From assembly GCA_008932965.1 (NCBI GenBank), contig WBXG01000011.1, positions 1-32,000 of the forward strand: a stretch of 32,000 nucleotides of DNA, read 5' to 3'. Source of the stretch: Verrucomicrobiota bacterium. Its GTDB lineage: Bacteria; Verrucomicrobiota; Verrucomicrobiia; Chthoniobacterales; UBA6821. The translations under genes were made by a program, and so were the position numbers. The notes beneath the pieces were generated by a model, which was given only the letters and a program-made list of their open reading frames with translations, was not told the DNA's origin and did not search any database. This document shows positions 25,763 to 32,000 of this stretch, piece by piece; within the stretch, counting starts at the first letter, position 1, and every line of letters starts with the position of its first letter.

Positions 25763-25909
25763 GTTTTTCAGATTGGATCAGGCTGAGTCAACTGCATCGA
25801 TGTATTGTAGAGCAACTAAAAAATTTATAACCCCTAAAAAGGGAGCTCGTCATAGAATGTTCTTTGCGAGCATAAGGAAGACTTGCTTCTCTCTGGTTTT
25901 ATAGGCATC

Positions 25910-26093
25910 TTAACTCGAATATTTCATACTCAATCCTTGCGGCTTGGGGAAAGCTCATTGTCACTGTGCTGGTCTCGATTGCGAGTGGGGAAGTAGGGCT
26001 CCTGCAGCCCCGCATCACAATCTTTCTCCCTCCTTGTACTAATAAGCTTTGCACGGCGCCTCATGACGCTTCAGTATGAAATGCTCGGATTAA
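25910..26093 (+). mobile_element. MITE-like palindromic element, copy G2 (184 bp)
   Basis: The ends are ttaactcgaatatttcatac and gtatgaaatgctcggattaa. The left arm cggcttggggaaagctcattgtcactgtgctggtctcgattg is collinear with copy H. The right arm cacggcgcctcatgacgcttcagtatgaaat is collinear with copy A. Confidence 0.85.
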
Positions 26094-26152
26094 GCCTCAT
26101 AAACGCTACTGCAATTTTCATTCCATCACATAAATAAATAAATTTTTTTCTC

Positions 26153-27208
26153 ATGAGCCTCTTTTCAAAACTCCTTACAAAATTCTTTGGTATTTTTTCC
26201 ACTGATATTGGAATCGATCTTGGAACTGCAAACACACTTGTTTACTTAAAAGATCACGGTGTTGTCGTACGAGAACCCTCAATTGTTGCAGTGAAAGCAG
26301 GAACGACTCACGTCCTTGCTGTTGGTGATGAAGCAAAGCGCATGCTAGGAAGAACGCCAGGTAACATTACGGCAATACGTCCGCTGAAGGATGGAGTCAT
26401 TGCGGATTTTGAAATCACCGAAGCCATGCTACGTCATTTTATTACAAAGGCTCATAGTTCACGCCGTTTAATTCGACCTAGGGTGGTGATTGCTGTTCCA
26501 AGTGGTATTACCGAAGTTGAAAAACGTGCTGTCAAAGATTCTGCATTGCATGCTGGGGCACGAGAGGTTTTTTTAATTGAAGAACCGATGGCAGCAGCCA
26601 TCGGTGTTGGTCTTCCAGTAACTGATCCGGCTGCTAATATGATTATCGATATTGGTGGAGGAACAACTGAAGTGGCTATCATTTCACTGGCAGGTATTGT
26701 TTTTAGTCGTAGTGTTCGTGTTGCTGGTGATGAACTCGATGAGGCCATTACCAATTATATCAAACGCACCTACAATATTCTTATTGGAGAGCGTACTGCA
26801 GAAGATATCAAATTGCAGATCGGTTCTGCATATCCTTTGGAAAAAGAAATGGCAATGGATGTCAAGGGACGTGATTTGGTAGCCGGGCTTCCTAAGACAA
26901 TTCATATTACATCTCAAGAAATTCGCGAAGCACTAAAGGAACCAGTTTCTACTATTGTGAATGCAGTTCGCGTTACTCTGGAACGCTGTCCTCCTGAACT
27001 TTCAGCTGATCTTGTAGATCATGGTGTTGTCCTCGCTGGAGGGGGGGCCTTGCTTCGTGGCTTAGATAAGCTTATTGCAGAGGAGACGGGCCTTCCAGTG
27101 CATGTCGCTGAAGACCCTCTGAGTGCTGTTGTGGAGGGAACAGGAAGAGCTCTTCAAGAAATTGCTTTTTTGCGTGCTGTCGCTTCACAGGATCGAACAA
27201 GGACGTAG
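26153..27208 (+). CDS. mreB: Rod-shape-determining actin homologue MreB
   Basis: 351 aa with [27 protein letters not shown] and [13 protein letters not shown]. Confidence 0.95.
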   Translation: MSLFSKLLTKFFGIFSTDIGIDLGTANTLVYLKDHGVVVREPSIVAVKAGTTHVLAVGDEAKRMLGRTPGNITAIRPLKDGVIADFEITEAMLRHFITKAHSSRRLIRPRVVIAVPSGITEVEKRAVKDSALHAGAREVFLIEEPMAAAIGVGLPVTDPAANMIIDIGGGTTEVAIISLAGIVFSRSVRVAGDELDEAITNYIKRTYNILIGERTAEDIKLQIGSAYPLEKEMAMDVKGRDLVAGLPKTIHITSQEIREALKEPVSTIVNAVRVTLERCPPELSADLVDHGVVLAGGGALLRGLDKLIAEETGLPVHVAEDPLSAVVEGTGRALQEIAFLRAVASQDRTRT

Positions 27209-27379
27209 TCTTAGGTGTTGAGTGTAGCAGAGTATAGTGCTCATCATATTAGTGTAACTTTAGACAAATCTTAGTCTTGTGATTTTATTTCAAGAAAAAA
27301 ACTCTGCTTATTGGGGGTCTATTAATTAGGGAGAGCTTGTTGCCGATGACTCTCATTGCTCTTTTATTTTAGAACGATC

Positions 27380-28180
27380 ATGCCGCGCTCTCGAATATTT
27401 ATTGTTGGTGCTCTTATTGGTCTAGCTCTTATTGTTTCATTCTTAAATGTCTCTGGACTTAAGGTGGCTCAAGAGAAACTGCTTACCTTTGTTGCTCCTG
27501 TTTTTTATTCAAGTGTATTTCTCAAAAAAAATATTACTGAATTTACAAAACATCGTATGACCTTGCATCAGCTTGAAGAAGCTAATAGCAAGCTTCTTTC
27601 AGAAAACAGAGAACTTAAGACAGAAAACCTAGTCCTACACGCTGCAGCAGATGAAAACAATCAGTTGCGAAACGCTTTAAACTATCGTGAAAAGTCAGCA
27701 TTTAAATTAGTGCCAGCAACCGTCATTGCCCGAGATAATTCTACATGGTGGAACAGTTTTAAAATTGATCGTGGATCTCGTGACGGCATTGCTCCTGATA
27801 TGGTAATCATCACCGAGTGTGGCCTTGTCGGTAAAACAAGCGTCGTCACACCAGGTCTTTCAACTATTGTTCTCATTACAGATGAAAGTTGTCTTGTCGC
27901 TTCGAAAGTGCAAGGCACTTCAGATCAAGGAATCTGTAGTGGCATCCGTATTCCAACAGGAGGGTTGCAGCTCAATTTTTTAAATAAATTAGCTAATTTG
28001 CAAGCTGGACAAAAAGTTTATACGGCCGGGGTTAGTGGTGGTATTTTTCCATCTGGCATTGAAATTGGTACTGTGAAAAGCTTTTGCCTTCGGGAGCTCG
28101 ATGGACAAGCCATTCTAGACCCCACCGTTGATTTTAGTAATCTAGAACATGTATTTGTTATTGTAGGCGCTAAGGAGTGA
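27380..28180 (+). CDS. mreC: Rod-shape-determining protein MreC
   Basis: It has an N-terminal TM, a coiled-coil (LEEANSKLLSENRELKTENLVL) and a beta-barrel C-terminal region, and lies immediately after mreB. I prefer the ATG at 27380 over the TTG at 27356. Confidence 0.85.
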   Translation: MPRSRIFIVGALIGLALIVSFLNVSGLKVAQEKLLTFVAPVFYSSVFLKKNITEFTKHRMTLHQLEEANSKLLSENRELKTENLVLHAAADENNQLRNALNYREKSAFKLVPATVIARDNSTWWNSFKIDRGSRDGIAPDMVIITECGLVGKTSVVTPGLSTIVLITDESCLVASKVQGTSDQGICSGIRIPTGGLQLNFLNKLANLQAGQKVYTAGVSGGIFPSGIEIGTVKSFCLRELDGQAILDPTVDFSNLEHVFVIVGAKE

Positions 28181-28195
28181 AACATCTGGTTTAGA

Positions 28196-28744
28196 ATGAA
28201 ACCTCTCACCCTTTTTCTTTTTCTTCTAGTAGTGCTGTTATTAACGATGAGTTTAGAAGCTCTTGTACCCTCCCTGGCGTTTCTAGGACAAGTTCATCTT
28301 GTTTTCTTTACGATCATTTTTTGTTTTGCAGCGTTAGCGCTTCCTTTTTTTGGATCCCTTTTTTTTGGGTTTATCACAGGATTAATTGAAGGCTTGTTAG
28401 TGCTAGAAATCCATGGTCAGCACGTTGAAATTCGACTCGGCTGGTTTATAATCTTTTTTATGTTATGGGCATTTATGCTCCAGCTTGTGAGCGATATCAC
28501 TGACGGAGTTCGCTGGGAGCTGCACAGCCTGGGAGCTGGATTATGCACAGCTACTTTTCTTTTAGGAGAGTTCTTTCTTCTCTCGTTCTCAAGAGGAAAT
28601 TTTTTTATCACCGGGGAGGTGTTCTTATTGAGTTTTTTGTCAGCTGGAATCTCATTAATCCTAGCTCCTCTTTTCTACGGATGTGTACAGTTTTGGTTGT
28701 CTCCCCCCAAACAGAACAGTACGACTTATCTAACTCCACTGTAA
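28196..28744 (+). CDS. mreD: Rod-shape-determining protein MreD (polytopic membrane protein)
   Basis: 182-aa highly hydrophobic ORF between mreC and the PBP2 gene, which is the conserved operon position. Confidence 0.75.
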   Translation: MKPLTLFLFLLVVLLLTMSLEALVPSLAFLGQVHLVFFTIIFCFAALALPFFGSLFFGFITGLIEGLLVLEIHGQHVEIRLGWFIIFFMLWAFMLQLVSDITDGVRWELHSLGAGLCTATFLLGEFFLLSFSRGNFFITGEVFLLSFLSAGISLILAPLFYGCVQFWLSPPKQNSTTYLTPL

Positions 28745-28750
28745 TCAAGA

Positions 28751-30952
28751 ATGATTGTACAAAGAGAAGAGACAGCTTCCCATCGTCAGATCTTGATTTT
28801 AAGCAGTATTGCTATTGCTGTTTTTGCCATTTTAATACTCAGGCTTTCATATCTTCAGGTCATTCGTGGCAATCAGTACAAAGCAAAAATTAAAGGTAAT
28901 TCTGAATTAACTGTTCGTATTCCTGCAGTGAGAGGAGAAATTTTTGATCGCAATGGAATCCCTCTTGTAGAAAATCGGGCTAGCCTTCAAGTAGATCTCT
29001 ATTTGCCAGATATTGTTAAAGCTTACAAAGAAAATGAAGGAACCGTTCCAGTGATTACCTATCGGGCCTTCGACCATGGAATGCCTATTAATAAGGAAGA
29101 AGCGGACATCGTTCAAATTGTTCAGACATCTGTAATTCCTCGTCTCGAAAAATTAGGCTTAGCCGGGGATTACAACACGCGAAAATTACAGCTTCAATAT
29201 CGTAACAACAAAGAAGTCCCATTTTCATATCGAAAAGATCTCGATTTTGAAACGATGGCACGCTTTTGTGAAAATAGCCTCAATTTACCGGGAGTGAATG
29301 TCACACTAACGCCAGTAAGAAATTATGTTTATGGCGCCCTTGCTGCTCATCTTTTTGGCTACGTGGGATGGCCTACAGAAATTGATCCTAAGGAAGCTAG
29401 TCAGTTTAATTTTTATGAGCCTGATGTGGTGGGTAAAGCACAGATTGAATTGGCTTATGATACCGTGTTACGAGGAACACCTGGTCAACGCATTTTACAG
29501 CGTAATGCTCACGGAGGTATCGAAAAAGAAGAGGAGCAGATCAAGCCCAAGCAGGGGGCTAATGTTTATTTGACCATTGATGCACGGATTCAATATATCG
29601 CAGAGCAAGCATTACGCGTTGTCGGAAGAGGGGCCATCGTGGTGCTCAATCCCAATAATGGAGATGTTTTAGCAATGGCTTCTGTCCCATCCTTTGATCC
29701 CAATAAATTTGTTCCCACGATTTCTAAAAAAGATTGGGAATCCCTTGTTCATGATGAAACAGATCCTTTAACGAACCGTGCTTTGAGTTCTTATGCTCCT
29801 GGTTCTATTTTCAAACTTTGCACTTCCTTGGCTGGCATTCGTGCCGGGATTGGAGATCGCGAATTTACCTGTACTGGAGGGGTCCAGTATGGCGACAAAT
29901 TTATGAAATGCTGGGTCTTAACTGCGAAGCCACCGCTCCCCCCCCATGGAAAGCTTCATCTCAGCGATGCTATAAAAAAATCATGTAATGCCTTTTTTTA
30001 TCAATATGGAAATGCTGCTGGAATTGATCAAATTGACTCTGTGGGAAAAATGCTAGGCCTTGGACAAAAAACAGGCTTACCTCTTAATAACGAAGCACCA
30101 GGAGTCTTGCCAGGACCGGAGTGGTTAGCCGCTAATGCTCCTCAAGAGCGTTGGAGCGCAGGTTACACGGCCAACGTTGCCATTGGTCAAGGTTTTGTAC
30201 TAACAACACCTATACAGATGGGTCTTGTAGGTTCTACAGTAGCCAATGGTGGAATTTACTATCAACCCCGACTTGTAAAAAAAGTAGTCGCTCAAGATGG
30301 GATGATCCTTTCGGAAGAACCTACAAAAATTCGAAGTGATTTAAAAAAGGAGGGAGGTTTCACCGATAATCAAATTCAACAAGTGCGTCTCGGCATGTGG
30401 AAAGTAGTCAACGAAGATGGTGGGACCGCTCGAAAAGCACGCCTGGAAAAGAATATTGTAGCAGGGAAAACGGGAACTGCTCAATTTTGGCGAGGCCGTA
30501 GCAAAGATAATCATACCTGGTTCATAGGATTTGCCCCTTATGAACATCCTAAGTATGTTGTCATAGTGCTTGTACAAGGTGCTAAATCTGGAGGAGCTGT
30601 GGCAGCTCCCCTTGCATCTAAAGTTTTACAAGAAATCTTTGCTATGGAAGCAGGAAAAGAGGTCAAGCTTACCCCGTTAAAGCCTGCTGTTGGAAATTTC
30701 AAGCATATCTCGAGTATTGATTTTTCAAATGCAACACCCTGCTCCTATGGTCCTGATATTGAACCCGGAGATTCTCCAGTAGACGCTTCTCCAAGATCTG
30801 GCTCCTCCTCTCGGGAGAATATGCCAACTCCTGACATCAGCGAAGATGCTGATGCACGAGGTCATGTCAAAAACAAACAACAAAATCAAGGTGGCCTTCA
30901 AAAATTTTTCAATTTTCTGGGGGGAGGCCGATCCGCTGCTCCCAAAAATTAG
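28751..30952 (+). CDS. mrdA: Penicillin-binding protein 2 (elongasome transpeptidase) with a roughly 100-aa low-complexity C-terminal extension
   Basis: 733 aa. It has an N-terminal TM, SxxK (GSIFK), SxN (KSCNAFF) and KTGTA motifs. It lies in operon position after mreBCD. Confidence 0.9.
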   Translation: MIVQREETASHRQILILSSIAIAVFAILILRLSYLQVIRGNQYKAKIKGNSELTVRIPAVRGEIFDRNGIPLVENRASLQVDLYLPDIVKAYKENEGTVPVITYRAFDHGMPINKEEADIVQIVQTSVIPRLEKLGLAGDYNTRKLQLQYRNNKEVPFSYRKDLDFETMARFCENSLNLPGVNVTLTPVRNYVYGALAAHLFGYVGWPTEIDPKEASQFNFYEPDVVGKAQIELAYDTVLRGTPGQRILQRNAHGGIEKEEEQIKPKQGANVYLTIDARIQYIAEQALRVVGRGAIVVLNPNNGDVLAMASVPSFDPNKFVPTISKKDWESLVHDETDPLTNRALSSYAPGSIFKLCTSLAGIRAGIGDREFTCTGGVQYGDKFMKCWVLTAKPPLPPHGKLHLSDAIKKSCNAFFYQYGNAAGIDQIDSVGKMLGLGQKTGLPLNNEAPGVLPGPEWLAANAPQERWSAGYTANVAIGQGFVLTTPIQMGLVGSTVANGGIYYQPRLVKKVVAQDGMILSEEPTKIRSDLKKEGGFTDNQIQQVRLGMWKVVNEDGGTARKARLEKNIVAGKTGTAQFWRGRSKDNHTWFIGFAPYEHPKYVVIVLVQGAKSGGAVAAPLASKVLQEIFAMEAGKEVKLTPLKPAVGNFKHISSIDFSNATPCSYGPDIEPGDSPVDASPRSGSSSRENMPTPDISEDADARGHVKNKQQNQGGLQKFFNFLGGGRSAAPKN

Positions 30953-30956
30953 AGCG

Positions 30957-31140
30957 TTAACCCGCATATTTCATACCGATCTATTACGGCTTGTGGAAAG
31001 CTCATGATTACTGCGTTGGTCTCGAATTGTGATTTGGGCGGTATGTACTCATACAGCGGTCGTCGCAATCCATCACCTTCCATGTCATCATCAGAATTCG
31101 CTGCGCTTCGTGACGAACCAGTATGAAATAGGCAGGCTAA
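30957..31140 (+). mobile_element. MITE-like palindromic element, copy H (184 bp)
   Basis: The ends are ttaacccgcatatttcatac and gtatgaaataggcaggctaa. The core actgcgttggtctcgaattg and the apex gcggtatg-tact-catacagc, followed by cgtcgcaatccatcaccttc, are nearly identical to copy A (1-72). It starts 4 nt after the PBP2 stop codon. Confidence 0.9.
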
Positions 31141-31354
31141 AAGATTCATTTCCGCTTTTTCTCAAAAACAGTTCACTTTAAAAGAAACTCAAGTTACCAT
31201 AAAGAACTCGTTTGGAAAGAGCTCACCGGAAGATGTACAGCATTCCAAATTTTAAGAATCTCAAAATTTTTCACTTTTAACCGCTGTCTGATGACAGCCC
31301 CTACTACTTTGAATATTATCGATACTGTAAAACGTTTTTTAGGCGTTAAGAAAA

Positions 31355-32000
31355 ATGGGCCCAGAGTTAAACTCATTATTAGTTCTGAAAAGCTCGAGAC
31401 AAGGGTCGCACTCATGGAAGATGGTCTGCTTGAAGAGTACTCGATAGAACGTGATAGCGACCGAAATATCGTAGCCGGTATTTTTAAAGGAAAAGTTCGC
31501 AATATTGAGCATGGATTGAAAGCCATGTTTGTGGATATTGGTTTTGAAAAAAATGCCTTCTTGCATTTTTGGGATGCTGTGCCGGCAGCCCTTGACAGTG
31601 GTATTGAAGCTGTCCATCGCGGTAAAAACCAACAGGCTAAGAAAAAAATTACAGCTAAAGATATTCCATCCATTTATCCAATTGGATCAGAGGTGATGGT
31701 TCAGGTGACAAAAGGCCCTATTGGAACCAAAGGACCACGTGTCACCACCAATATCAGTCTTGCTGGGCGCTACATGGTGCTTATGCCATTTAATGATCAA
31801 TGTGGTATTTCACGCAAAATTGAAGACCCTAAAGAGCGCTTACGCCTTCGTGATATTCTCACCAACTTAGAATTACCAGAGGGTATGGGGATTATTATTA
31901 GAACAGCGGGAGAGGGACAGCGGGCACGTTTCTTTGTACGTGATCTCCATTTTTTACTCGATCAATGGGGTTGTGTGGAGGAGGGGATGAAAACAAAACC
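31355..32000 (+). CDS. Ribonuclease E/G family protein (5' partial; continues past the window end)
   Basis: This ORF is not in the supplied track because it runs off the window. The ATG at 31355 is preceded by an in-frame TAG at 31340-31342. The translation is MGPRVKLIISSEKLETRVALMEDGLLEEYSIERDSDRNIVAGIFKGKVRNIEHGLKAMFVDIGFEKNAFLH..., with the S1-domain signature of RNase E/G. Confidence 0.85.

Noticed and set aside
1-31140. Possibility that the repeated sequences form a CRISPR array
   Set aside because: The copies are kilobases apart, 66-265 bp long, mutually diverged and internally palindromic with TIRs. There is no regular repeat-spacer periodicity and no cas genes.
31194-31673. 159-aa and 97-aa ORFs on the - strand
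   Set aside because: They are antisense to the clearly recognisable RNase E/G coding sequence (S1-domain motif on the + strand from 31355) and have no recognisable motifs.
1-32000. tRNA, rRNA, transposase, integrase, phage or defence-system genes
   Set aside because: Reading both strands, I recognised none. All long ORFs have envelope or housekeeping assignments, so I see no basis for calling a genomic island or defence locus.

Overview
This is a 32-kb chromosomal window from a moderately AT-rich diderm (LPS-type) bacterium. No phylum call can be made from the sequence alone. I support 25 CDSs, almost all concerned with the cell envelope. They include a methyltransferase-GT2 fusion with a GT-C-like membrane protein, galE, an AsmA-like protein, a TPM/LemA pair, ugd and an FkbH-like HAD protein. 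An fmt / Zn-ribbon / adk group and a rhomboid-like protein follow. Next is an LPS-core-like block of WaaE-like GT2, PfkB kinase, GT9, GT1, an FGE/SUMF1-domain membrane protein, an LbH transferase and a second GT9. The window ends with a PqiB-like MCE protein, mreBCD plus PBP2, and the 5' end of an RNase E/G gene. I saw no rRNA, tRNA, CRISPR array, transposase or prophage genes. The unusual feature is a dense family of imperfectly palindromic MITE-like elements bounded by terminal inverted repeats (TIRs), with consensus ends TTAACCCGCATATTTCATAC...GTATGAAATATGCGGGTTAA. Five copies are 183-185 bp. There are also a 66-bp minimal copy, two long copies that carry the same nested GC-rich hairpin module, solo-TIR relics, and one roughly 133-bp copy that is read through in frame inside a GT9 heptosyltransferase gene, much like Rickettsia palindromic elements. 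Together they cover about 5% of the window and sit in most long intergenic gaps. Their TTAA/CTAG tips often overlap stop codons, or they lie 28-90 nt upstream of start codons. All but one copy is in the same orientation. No autonomous partner element is present in the window.
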